Shown: positions 24,656 through 35,872, numbered from the stretch's first letter. The stretch is DNA of 64,000 nucleotides from Gekko japonicus (GCF_001447785.1 NW_015166495.1:160113-224112), one strand, 5' to 3'. Notes: a model not told the origin generated them from the letters alone. Numbers and translations are program-made.

Positions 24656-26498
24656 AATGTAGTGGTTAAGTGCGCGGACTCTAATCTGGGAGAACCGGGT
24701 TTGATTCCCCATTCCTCCACTTGCACCTGGCTGGATGACCTTGGGCAAGCCGTAGCTCTGATACGAGCTGTTCTTGAAAAAGAACAGTTTCTGTCAGAGC
24801 TCTCTCAGCCCCACCTCCCTCCCAGGGTGTCTGTTGTGGGGAGGGGAAGGGAAAGGAGTTTGTAAGCCGCTCTGAGACACCTTTGGGTAGTGAAGGGCGG
24901 GGTATAAATCCAATCTCTTCTTCCTCTAATCCTCTGAATCCCAAAGCCAGGAGGCAACATCAGGGGAAGGCCTGGGCCTCTCTGCCCTGTTGTTGGCCCT
25001 CCAGAGGAACTGGTTGGCCCCTGTGTGAGACAGGATGCTGGACTAGATGGACCATTGCTCAGATCCAGCAGGGCTCTTCATAGGTTCTTACGNNNNNNNN
25101 NNNNNNNNNNNNNNNNNNNNNNNNNNNNNNNNNNNNNNNNNNNNNNNNNNNNNNNNNNNNNNNNNNNNNNNNNNNNNNNNNNNNNNNNNNNNNNNNNNNN
25201 NNNNNNNNNNNNNNNNNNNNNNNNNNNNNNNNNNNNNNNNNNNNNNNNNNNNNNNNNNNNNNNNNNNNNNNNNNNNNNNNNNNNNNNNNNNNNNNNNNNN
25301 NNNNNNNNNNNNNNNNNNNNNNNNNNNNNNNNNNNNNNNNNNNNNNNNNNNNNNNNNNNNNNNNNNNNNNNNNNNNNNNNNNNNNNNNNNNNNNNNNNNN
25401 NNNNNNNNNNNNNNNNNNNNNNNNNNNNNNNNNNNNNNNNNNNNNNNNNNNNNNNNNNNNNNNNNNNNNNNNNNNNNNNNNNNNNNNNNNNNNNNNNNNN
25501 NNNNNNNNNNNNNNNNNNNNNNNNNNNNNNNNNNNNNNNNNNNNNNNNNNNNNNNNNNNNNNNNNNNNNNNNNNNNNNNNNNNNNNNNNNNNNNNNNNNN
25601 NNNNNNNNNNNNNNNNNNNNNNNNNNNNNNNNNNNNNNNNNNNNNNNNNNNNNNNNNNNNNNNNNNNNNNNNNNNNNNNNNNNNNNNNNNNNNNNNNNNN
25701 NNNNNNNNNNNNNNNNNNNNNNNNNNNNNNNNNNNNNNNNNNNNNNNNNNNNNNNNNNNNNNNNNNNNNNNNNNNNNNNNNNNNNNNNNNNNNNNNNNNN
25801 NNNNNNNNNNNNNNNNNNNNNNNNNNNNNNNNNNNNNNNNNNNNNNNNNNNNNNNNNNNNNNNNNNNNNNNNNNNNNNNNNNNNNNNNNNNNNNNNNNNN
25901 NNNNNNNNNNNNNAGTTTCTGTCAAGAGCTCTCTCAGCCCCACCTCCCTCCCAGGGTGTCTGTTGTGGGGAGGGGAAGGGAAAGGAGTTTGTAAGCCGCT
26001 CTGAGACACCTTCGGGTAGTGAAGGGCGGGGTATAAATCCAATCTCCTCTCCTTCTTCTTTTACCTCACAGGGTGTCTGTTGTGGGGAGGGGAAGGGAAA
26101 GGAGGTGTTNNNNNNNNNNNNNNNNNNNNNNNNNNNNNNNNNNNNNNNNNNNNNNNNNNNNNNNNNNNNNNNNNNNNNNNNNNNNNNNNNNNNNNNNNNN
26201 NNNNNNNNNNNNNNNNNNNNNNNNNNNNNNNNNNNNNNNNNNNNNNNNNNNNNTCTTCTTCTTCTTCTTCTTCTTCTTCTTCTTCTTCTTCTTCTTCTTC
26301 TTCTTCTTCTTCTTCTTCTTCTTCTTCTTCTTGAAAAAGCAGTTTCTGTCAGAGCCCTCTCAGCCCCACCTGCCTCACAGGGTGTCTGTTGTGGGGAGGG
26401 GAAGGGAAAGGAGTTTGTGAGCCGCTCTGAGACACCTTCGGGTAGTGAAGGGCGGGGTATAAATCCAACCTCTTCTCTCTTCTCTTCTTCTTCTTCTC
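24656..26498 (+). mobile_element. Cluster of Squam3-like SINE copies plus a CR1 3' tail, spanning two assembly gaps
   Basis: SINE pieces at 24656-24925, 25914-26060, 26063-26105 and 26330-26498; CR1 tail at 24926-25090; N runs at 25093-25913 and 26110-26253. Confidence 0.8.
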
Positions 26499-26712
26499 TT
26501 ATGAGGCATTAGACCAGATGTTTGACCTTGGTATACCGCAGGCATACCGTGAGCACGGTATGTTTGCCCTGAGCACAAGTAGGCCTCTGAAACTTTAAAA
26601 GGATGACACTCCTTTTAGTCAGGTTATGTGCATATGTGGGCCATTTGGGTAATAATGGATGCCCCAACGTATCAAAAAAATACCAAAAGCTTTGTCTGGG
26701 ATATATATTCGG

Positions 26713-28046
26713 CTCCTTGTTATATGGATAGGGTAGGGTCAGGAACGACCCCTGGCCTTTGCCGTGCCTCTAGCACTTGGCCCTTACCGTTGAGTTACAA
26801 GTTAATTTGTTAAATAAGGTGGCCCTTAGTTTATCCACTCTTTGGTGTCTGGCTCTTTATTCTGAATAGGGGGGCAATCCGGCCCCACCCGGCAGATGGC
26901 CAATGGCTGTACTGCCGGGGGTCACCTTTGCCACCTGTTAGATCGCCGCTAACAAAGGTCCGGAGAGTGATTTCAGCAAAGTGAATCAGCTTTATTGAAG
27001 TAACGAACAAGCACTCAAACGCATTCAAAACCAGAACAGATTAACATTGGGAGCTAGGCTCCTTTTAAACATTCCTGGGCTAATATAGCCATGCCTATTT
27101 AAATTTAACAACCAATAAGATTGTGTGGATAAGGACCAATGAGAGTTCTTCCCGCTCAGAGAATAGTCCTGCTGTGATTGGTCGCTGTTCTGGAGCGACC
27201 AATAGTTTGTTAGTGCGGATGGAGCCTTCGCTGGCTCGAAGCGTAACATGGGAGGTGGATTAGGCGATTCATGTAATATTTCCAGTACATTACACCACCC
27301 TTGAAGGGAAGGAGCAAGTACGATGCTAATTAAAGCATCTGGAGGTAGAGCTGGTGCATTTTAACAGTCAGCTCCGCTCCCAACCCCTTCGTTGCTGCCT
27401 TCTTTTTGGCCCACACTCCCACCCTGATCGCTGTACAGGCTTCGGCTGGTCACTCGTTGACGGGGGCCGGGTAGGAATGTTTGATCCCCGACTGATTGGC
27501 TTTGGTCGGGGATGTTTTTTGCCTACCTTGTACAGTCAGTCAGCGGGTTGCAGGATTGGCATAGGGTGGTGCCGTGTTGTAGGTTGGCAACTTTATTTAG
27601 GCTGGATGAGGACTGGTGAATGATATTCGGCTAGGGGAGCACCAATCAATAACCCCAATTTTGGGGCTAGGAGTCTGGCCAGATTAGCCACTGGGTTGTG
27701 CAGCCTGGGGTTCCGATGGCAGACTGCCTTGGGTCTGCATGGATTGGACCTCCACCTATGTTGTATGGCTTGGTGGTGGGATCTCCATGGCATTGCCCAT
27801 TTGTTGCGCCAGATGGGTGCAAGCCAAATACACTGGCTCGATCTGGGGCAGGGGGGCTCCCTGTTATACAGATAGGGAGGGATTAGGAATGACCCCTGGC
27901 CTTTGCCGTGTTGCTAGCACTTGGCCCTTGCCGTTGAGTTACAAGTTAATATGTTAAATAAGGTGGCCCTTAGTTTATGCAGAATCTTTTTCCTTAGTTT
28001 ATGCAGTCTTTGGTGCCTGCCTTTTAATTCCAAATGGGGGGGGGCA
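26713..28046 (+). mobile_element. Element with ~165-bp direct repeats (possible Ngaro/DIRS B-A-B terminus)
   Basis: 26713-26877 resembles 27857-28046; both end aataaggtggcc...ggggggca; no TSD. Confidence 0.45.
26936..27294 (-). mobile_element. Solo LTR
   Basis: TGTTA...TTACA termini, perfect 5-bp TSD CCACC, AATAAA and CCAAT boxes on the minus strand. Confidence 0.9.
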
Positions 28047-28049
28047 AAT

Positions 28050-29230
28050 ACTCCTGACTCTCACATTCCCAATAGTATTCTTAAAGTTTAAATCAGATAA
28101 AAGAGTAATTAATCTTGGAGTCTGAGGTACTCATTTGAATTGTTTCCCTAGGCATTCTATTTAAGAATTCAATGTCATATTCCAGGAGGACCTCTGATAT
28201 TGTAGGGTGTACAACACTAAGGATCAGATAGCTCCAAATTCACTGTCTTCTATCACCAGGCAAGGGTGTAGACTTTCCAATTTCCCGGGGGGGGCTGGGG
28301 CTGGGCCAGAGGCATTGCTGTGCTAGGAGCAAGGGTGGCTCCCGGGGGAGGCTGAGCACTTTCCTGAAAATTTCGGCGGGGGCTGAAGCCCCGCCGGCCC
28401 CCCGAAGATTACGCCTATGCTCACTAGCAATTGTGCAAGCAGTAGAGGGGGCAAAGGAAAAGAGTGTTATCACAGCAACTTATATAGAGTCAGTCAAAGT
28501 CCAGATCCCTTCCAAAGTAACTCATAGCAGAACATGGAACGGTTCTTTGCATAAGACTGAAGAGTAGAACTGCTAATATGTTCCACATAAGCAATTTTTC
28601 CCAGAGCTTCATAGAAAGGGAGATCTGGCTTTTCATCATTTTCTTAAGTTAATTTCTTGGACAGGTTTAGGAGGCTTTAAGAAACCCTGAATAGCTGTTT
28701 TGCTTCAGTTCCCATCAAGCCTAAAACAAAACCTTAGGACCTCTTTCTTTCAAGTCATCAGTTCTAGGCTGGAACACTTAGTGTAAACATTGACATTGGG
28801 GGTGAGGGGAATCAAACTGGTGACATACTCATAGAAGAGAACGAGATGTAGTTAAATTCCCTGGCCTTGAAGAGGAAGGTTAGGCTGCTAACACAAAGGG
28901 TTTTCATACAACCAAGTTGCTGTACTATGGAGTGAAGAATACTCATTGAAGGAGAATTCAGTCTACTGTTTAGACGTCACTGGGTAAGTAAAACCCCATT
29001 AGTAACAGAAGAAATGTGTGGATACATGCTGTCTGTCACAGGCATACATCTTGGTATTTACTTCGGTGTTCTGAGTTCTGATCCTTTCTTCTAGTGGATA
29101 ACTAGAGGACTTTTGTTTGGTCAAATTTTTGCCAGCCTCTGGATTGTTTTTGTTTGTGGGACCTCACTTGCAGCAAGCAACCTGAGCAGCTAGCATCCTC
29201 TTTTTTCAATCAACGTGGAACTCCTATTTT
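28050..29230 (+). promoter_or_regulatory. Conserved upstream module copy 1 (candidate OR promoter and non-coding exon) for OR-C
   Basis: Four paralogous copies in the window. TAATTA at 28106, O/E-like TCCCTAGGCA at 28145, acceptor-like tctttctttcaag ending 28754, donor G|GTAAGT at 28984. Confidence 0.55.
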
Positions 29231-29294
29231 TGTTCGTCATCTTTTCAAAGGCAAACGTATATGCTGTCAAAAGCTTTCATGGCCGGAGTTCATT

Positions 29295-29790
29295 AGCTGC
29301 TGTAGATTTTCGGGGCTGTATGGCTGTGGTCTTGGCATTGTAGTGCCCGACATTTTGCCAGCAGCTGTGATTGCCTCAGAGGTGTAACACAGAAAGATGG
29401 AGTACTCTCTGTGTCAATGTGAGAAGAAAATGGTAGGCATTTTCTCATATTGACACAGAGAGTACTCCATCTTTCTGTGTTACACCTCTGAGGCAATGCT
29501 CCCTCTGAGCTGTGGGGTCTTGTGAGCAAAAATTCTACTTTGTGAGCTACTGGCATTAAATTGTGAGGAAGTGATTTGGCTCCTGCATAAATTAGTTGGA
29601 TCTGGAGCCATCCTTCCTGAGCTAAGACAAAATTGTGTGAGCCAGAGGCTAAAAAACTGTAAGCCAGCTCACACTAACTCAGCTTAGAGGGGGGACACTG
29701 CTCTGAGGATGTCAGTCACAGCTGCCGGCGAAACATCAGGTACTACAATGCCAAGACCATGGCCATACAGCCCAGAAATCTACAACAACT
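29295..29790. mobile_element. Fold-back Penelope-type terminus
   Basis: Two ~140-bp arms in inverted orientation; right arm cagctgccggcgaaacatcagg..ggccatacagcccagaaatctacaac. Confidence 0.75.
29494..29700. mobile_element. hAT MITE (CAGTGTTCCC family)
   Basis: Perfect TSD CTCTGAGG. Confidence 0.92.
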
Positions 29791-30437
29791 AATAAAGCAA
29801 ATGTATATGTTTAGGGATTCTTAATATTTGCAAATGTTTCATATCAGGCAAGTGCTGTATTTCTTTAAGGAGGAATGAGTCTCTTGAGAGGCCCAAGATA
29901 GTGTGATAGAAACCTTTACGCTTTGCTATGGCTCATGTTTGTGCAACCTATAGCACGTGGGAAGTTAGACCACAGGGATCTTCATTAGAATAATCCATTC
30001 ATTCCCATTCCACATTGGACAAGCCTGCCTAACTTAATCTTTTTTTTTTTAAAGGTCAAACTGGTTTGGATGGGACCAACTATTTGTCATGGTAGTTCCT
30101 AGTCATTAACAGCTTCTCAGCTGGAAGCACTACCTTTTAAATAATTTTCTAACTGGTAAGGTTAGCCTCTGATATCAGACATGGGGATTCCATTGGAGTG
30201 GCTAAATCAAGTAGTCTCTCTTAGAAAGTGACACAGAGCAGACTCCATTGACTGTAAAAAAACCTGAATGTTTCAGATTTTCCCTTATAATCAATGGAAC
30301 AACATGAATGAAACTTGGGTCTACATGATGGCAGATAGAGGTTGAAGACATCTCCATCACACAGAGAAATCTGCATAAATTCTAAGGAACATACCACATC
30401 CTGGGTTAAGTGTAGGTACCTGACTTAGACTGACTTT

Positions 30438-30901
30438 AGCTGCGGTCATGTACACTAAATAGTCCACTTTCCATCCACTTGCAATGCACTTTCCAACTGG
30501 GTTTTGCCAGTTAACAGTCCTTTCCACATTTGCCTGTCACTCCGGATTTTCTCTGTGTTCAAGTCAAAAGAATTTAAGTTCATGGCAAAACAACATCCAA
30601 ATAACCTGGGGCAACAGCAGGCTGAAATCGGGCTGACCACCAAAGGGAGGTGATGTAATGCAGAATGGGGGGGGGGAAACCCGAAATAAAAAGAAGGTTG
30701 AACTCGATTTTTGTGCAGAATTATCAGAATGGGGGGGGACGCAACAGAGAAAGAAAAAGACCAGAGCGCAGAATTGCTTGGAGGACACCACAGTGAACAT
30801 GGATTAAAAGGAGAGTGCAGAAAGGGCCACAGTAAAGTCCAGTTGGAAAATGCACTGAAAGTGGATTGAAAGTGGATTATTTAGTGTGTGTGACCACAGC
30901 T
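30438..30901. mobile_element. MITE with ~70-bp TIRs (PIF/Harbinger-like)
   Basis: AGCTGCGGTCA..CACTAAATA / ATTTAGTG..TGACCACAGCT. Relative at 43207-43522. Confidence 0.8.
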
Positions 30902-31890
30902 TTTATGGCATTTATTTGGAAGCGTGTGTTCCCTGTGAGTTGCAGTACTTTCACCCTGTATTTTGTTTTGGGCTTTTCCCCACCCCTTTTTATGAATCCA
31001 AACATCTTTTTCTGTTTTTCTTTCTTTCTTTTTTTAAATAAATTTTTATTATAATACAGATATATTGCACCAACCAACTTTCTTTTATAACAAACTTTCC
31101 TCTTTATAAACACTCTTTTTCTGTTGCTTTGTTTTTCAGTTATATTTCTTTGGGATGTTTCTCTTTATCTCTTCCCTAGAGGCTAGACTGCACAGACACT
31201 GCAGTTCTCTGTAAGACACTCTGCAGGGTTTACATCCTGTTTATGTCTTTATTGGTCTTGTACTGCGCTAGAAGGAACCCTCCTTAATGGGCCAGTCCAG
31301 GTATTCTTAGGCGGTCTGCTGAGTGCTGGCAGTGTCATCACATCCTGTTCCCAAAACTCTGTATCTAAGAGAGTTTCCCAGACTCCTTTCCCCCTTTCTT
31401 TCCATCACAGACAGCTTTCAAAATTGTTTCACATCCTTGGGAAGGTGTGTGTCTGGGGGAAATAAATAGACTGATTTGGAGATGGGAGTAAGTAGTGAAG
31501 TGTTCTTGACAGCACTTTTCAGTGAACTGGAAATTTCAGTGAACTGGAAATACTGAAAATAAATAAAAATCAAGGCCTGCACATTTCTTGGTTTTGCTGC
31601 TATTGGGTCTTACAGAGACAATGGAACATAATAGCAATATCAGTGCCCTTTCCGATTCTGTGAGTTGTTTTAATATATGTTTATACCAAAATATCCCTTT
31701 AGGGAATGTATTAAAACCTAAATCTAAGTACAGAACCAATACCAAAGGCATTATATGCACTAAATCCTAATCTCTACTGTCGTGGCCACCTGAGTCTCTG
31801 GTTTATGTGTCACTGAGCCCACTAATGCCAATGGTCTTTAAGAACCACAACATTAGATGTGCTTAATTATATGATATGATGTGGTATAAT

Positions 31891-32413
31891 GAGAGCCAGT
31901 TTGGTGTAGTGGTTAGGAGTGCGGACTCTAATCTGGGAGAACCGGGTTTGATTCCCCACTCCTTCACATGCAGCTGCTGGCATGACCTTGGGTCAGTCAC
32001 AAGCAATGTTCCCTCTAAGCTGTGGAGTCCTGTGAGCAAAAATTCTGAGCTGTGAGCAAAAAAATTCTGTGAGCAAAAAAAATGAGCTACTGGCATGAAA
32101 TTTGTGAGCAAGCAATTTGGCTACTGCATAAATTAGTTGGCTCTGGAGTCATCCTTCCTGAGCGAAGACAAAAATCTGTGAGCTGGAGGCTGAAAAACTG
32201 TGAGCTAGCTCACACTAACTCAGCTTAGAGGGAACACTGGTCACAAGTTCTTTCACAGCTGTTCTCTCATGAGTAGTTCTCGAAAGAACTCTCTCAGCCC
32301 CACCTACCCCATAGGGTGTCTGTTGTGGGGAGGGGAAGGGAAAGGAGGTTGTAAACCGCTCTGAGACTCCTTCAGGTAGCGAAGGGTGGAATATAAATCC
32401 AACCTCTTCTTCT
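31891..32413 (+). mobile_element. Squam3-like SINE with nested hAT MITE (32004-32239)
   Basis: SINE head and tail flank a MITE with perfect TSD GTCACAAG. Confidence 0.9.
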
Positions 32414-32678
32414 TAACCTCATTAACTTCAGTGGGGTTTACAGTACAGAGGACTGTATGACACACATAGATCCTAGAGATCCCAGACACTCAAGAAAGTA
32501 CTTCAGAGTTGTAAAGCTTATGAAAACGCTGCCAGTGCCACTTATAAACCATCATATTCTCTCCTTCTCCCCCCCCCCCACAGAAGGAACAAGGCAGAGA
32601 GCATCATGGGATTTTAAAGCTTATAAATCATCGTATTCTCTCATCCCCCCTCGCAGAAGGAACAAGGCAGAGAGCATC

Positions 32679-33611
32679 ATGGGAACTCCAAATGAGACAA
32701 CGGTGACAGAATTCATCTTGATTGGGTTATCCGGGCACCCCCAAGCACAGGCTGTGTTCTTTTCATTCTTCTTGATGGCCTATCTCATCAGCACTCTTGG
32801 GAATGGCCTCATCATCATCTTGATCATTGCAGACCCCCATCTCCATTCTCCCATGTATTTCTTTCTCTGCATCCTCTCCTCGGTAGATCTCATCATCTCC
32901 AGCAATGTACTTCCCGAGATCCTGGTCAACTGCTTCTTTTATAGGCCCACCATCTCCTTCTACAGATGCGTGGTTCAGATGTATGTTGGCCTATCACTCG
33001 TTGTGACAGAGTGTATCCTTCTGGCTGTTATGGCCTATGACCGCTTTGCAGCGATATGCCAGCCGCTTCACTATATGCAGATCATGAGCTGGAGATTTTG
33101 TACCAGTTTAGTGTCTGTATGTATGGTCCTCGCCTTACTGAATACCTTGATCAACATATTGTTGCAGCCAACTGACTTCTGTGGGCAAAATATCATTAAC
33201 CATTTTGGATGTGAGCTACAATCTCTACTCAGACTGGCCTGCTCCGGCACACACACTCCCGAGCTCTACATTCACGTTAGCGGCTTCTTTGTCCTGATAC
33301 CCCCCTTTGGCTTCATCGTTGTGACATATGGGCGCATAGGCTTAGCTGTCCTGCGCATTCGCTCAACACAGGGTCGCAAGAAAGCCTTCTCCACCTGTAG
33401 TTCTCACCTCATGGTGGTCAGTGTCTTTTATGGTACAATCATGATCACGTACTTGAAACCTCAAGCAAAATCCACTTCAGATCAAGATAAAGTCATTGCT
33501 TTACTTTACGGGGTCTTAACTCCCATGCTCAACCCCCTGATCTACAGCTTGAGAAACAGGGATGTGAAGGGCGCCTTCTGGGGAGTGTTTGGCAGGAAAC
33601 GTCAAAAATAA
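32679..33611 (+). CDS. Olfactory receptor, class II, 310 aa (OR-C)
   Basis: MGTPNET, LHSPMYFF, MAYDRFAAIC, KAFSTCSSH, PMLNPLIYSLRN. Start assigned by alignment to paralogs; acceptor AG at 32655-32656. Confidence 0.96.
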   Translation: MGTPNETTVTEFILIGLSGHPQAQAVFFSFFLMAYLISTLGNGLIIILIIADPHLHSPMYFFLCILSSVDLIISSNVLPEILVNCFFYRPTISFYRCVVQMYVGLSLVVTECILLAVMAYDRFAAICQPLHYMQIMSWRFCTSLVSVCMVLALLNTLINILLQPTDFCGQNIINHFGCELQSLLRLACSGTHTPELYIHVSGFFVLIPPFGFIVVTYGRIGLAVLRIRSTQGRKKAFSTCSSHLMVVSVFYGTIMITYLKPQAKSTSDQDKVIALLYGVLTPMLNPLIYSLRNRDVKGAFWGVFGRKRQK

Positions 33612-33756
33612 AGATTAACAACATATACACTCCACTTCTCACACAAGAAACAGTTTCTATGCTGAAATTATCCCAGAAAAATCCTTTAGTATTTTTTTTT
33701 TATATGTCGGGGTCTCCATTATTATCCAAATGGCCCATATATATACATACCCTGAC

Positions 33757-33862
33757 CAGTGTTCCCTCTAAACTGAGTTAGTGTGAACTAGCTCACAGTT
33801 TTTAAGCCTCCGGCTCACACATTTTTGTCTTAGCTCAGGAAAGATGCTTAGAGGGAGCATTG
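33757..33862. mobile_element. Internally deleted hAT MITE (CAGTGTTCCC family)
   Basis: Both TIRs present; absent from paralogous blocks. Confidence 0.8.
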
Positions 33863-34757
33863 ACCTGATTAAAGGGAGTGTCATCCTTTTAAAGTTTCAG
33901 AAGCCTACTTGTGCTCAGGGCAAACGTTATTGGGACTGTCTTGTCTGCAGTATACCAAGGTCAAACCTCTGGTCTAATGCCTCATAAGGATGTACAGGTT
34001 CTTAAAAATAAACAGACATTGGTTTCAAGTGAAGGTTTTAATAAGGAAAAGAAGAACAGCGAAGGGAACCAGCAAACTGAATACAGTGTCCGAAACGTGT
34101 GCACACATAAACACTAAATAAATGGTCTACAAATCCTAACTTCTACTATATCCAAACCTGAGAGAATAGTACTAATTTAAAGAAAGTGTAAAGAGAAAAG
34201 GGGGGGGGGGGAGAAGGAGTTAGAAAGGCACCGTAGCCTGTCCTGGTGAGTAAAGTCCTACAAAGTTCATTAGAGGATAGAGAAAGGGGCATGGGAGAGG
34301 GCCATGTGGAGGATCCAAGCATGATCTTCACAGACACCTCCTATGGGACAGCAGGGCTGATCCACAATCCTGCAGACATTCCCCACTATGTGATCCCGCA
34401 TGGGGACTGTGGAGCCAGTTCCTGGAGCCTAGTATTGAGATGAGAACAAATGGCTAAGACCATTACTTGGGGTTCTCTAATTTCCTACCCCAAAAGTGTG
34501 AAGATAGAGGGCAAATAAGATACTTCTCAATGAGGAGAGATAGCGACCACCTCCACTAGAGTGCGTAGGTCGGCCTGGTTTGGCTGGAACCTGCTAAGCT
34601 CCACACCCACCCTACCTGTGGCCCGTGCACTTAGGGCTGGTGCTGCCAGGCTTCAGGCTGGAACGGAGCCTGTTGGCACTGCCACCACCCGCCTTGTCTT
34701 GGCTGCCTGACTCCAAACATGCGGTGACAGTGTGAGTCAGTGAGCAGGGGTAGGGGT

Positions 34758-35143
34758 TGCCAGCATATTGTTTTATATTGCTGGCAAGATGACAGCTAAG
34801 GTGATGAGAGTCAGTTGGATCATCTTGATCCAGGAGTGACAGGAGTAGTGTCATGTGACATGTCACCCGATCAAGGATGCATCATACTAACAGGAGTCAC
34901 AGTGAGTCAGCACTATGATGTGATTGGTGCTTCACAGTATATATTCTGTGCACTTTGTCTGTACAGTATCACTCTTATGAATTGGATGCCTTGCGAAGCA
35001 CTTTGTTAGTCTGCCTATGGATTTGGATTCTACCAGTGCTAACTTGAACTGTATGTATGATATTGTAAATAAAACCACTGTATATAGTTCAGCACTAGCA
35101 CATTGTGGATTGCATTATTCGCCGTGCTTCCAGTACGCTGTCA
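34758..35143 (+). mobile_element. Solo LTR
   Basis: TGCCAGC...GCTGTCA, 5-bp TSD GGGGT, AATAAA at about 35068. Empty site in the paralog at about 47850. Confidence 0.85.
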
Positions 35144-35676
35144 GGGGTAGGGGACAGAGCCACCTATTTGAGTCTAAGCCCATGACTCCCACAGCTCAAA
35201 GCAGTGGTTCTGTCATGACCGTTGTTATGTATTCAGATGGATTATTATTACCAGCTAAGGTGATGAGAGTCAGTTGGATCATCTTGATCCAGGAGTGACA
35301 GGAGTAGTGTCATGTGACATGTCACCCGATCAAGGATGCATCATACTAACAGGAGTCACAGTGAGTCAGCACTATGATGTGATTGGTGCTTCACAGTATA
35401 TATTCTGTGCACTTTGTCTGTACAGTATCACTCTTATGAATTGGATGCCTTGCGAAGCACTTTGTTAGTCTGCCTATGGATTTGGATTCTACCAGTGCTA
35501 ACTTGAACTGTATGTATGATATTGTAAATAAAACCACTGTATATAGTTCAGCACTAGCACATTGTGGATTGCATTATTCGCCGTGCTTCCAGTACGCTGT
35601 CAGGGGTAGGGGACAGAGCCACCTATTTGAGTCTAAGCCCATCACTCCCACAGCTCAAAGCAGTGGTTCTGTCATG
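34793..35676. repeat. 459-bp-period tandem duplication (most of the LTR plus ~75 bp right flank)
   Basis: 34793-35217 and 35252-35676 are nearly identical, with a ~34-bp spacer. Confidence 0.9.
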
Positions 35677-35872
35677 AGCGTCCCCTCTGTTATTTCTAAT
35701 GCTCCTCAAAGCAATTTAAGTCAATCCTGTTTAACTTGGTTAGAAGCACTAACAGATAGTACAACAATTTCTTTTGAAGCTAAACTACACTTATTTGCTA
35801 CAACTACTTCTGGTTCAAGAGGAGCAGGAAAGGATGCGGTAGTAAGGCTAGCTCTTGAAGGAAGGCTTAAAC

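Noticed and set aside
25025-26512. Long ORFs of 315-495 aa
   Set aside because: Artefacts of N runs and (TTC)n.
31891-31965. tRNA gene
   Set aside because: SINE head with A/B boxes but no complete cloverleaf; part of a multi-copy repeat.
32457-32678. 74-aa N-terminal extension of OR-C
   Set aside because: Read-through of intronic sequence and the duplicated acceptor; not conserved in paralogs.
34758-35602. Intact two-LTR mini-retrotransposon (TRIM)
   Set aside because: The second copy lacks the LTR 5' end and includes host flank, so it is a tandem duplication.
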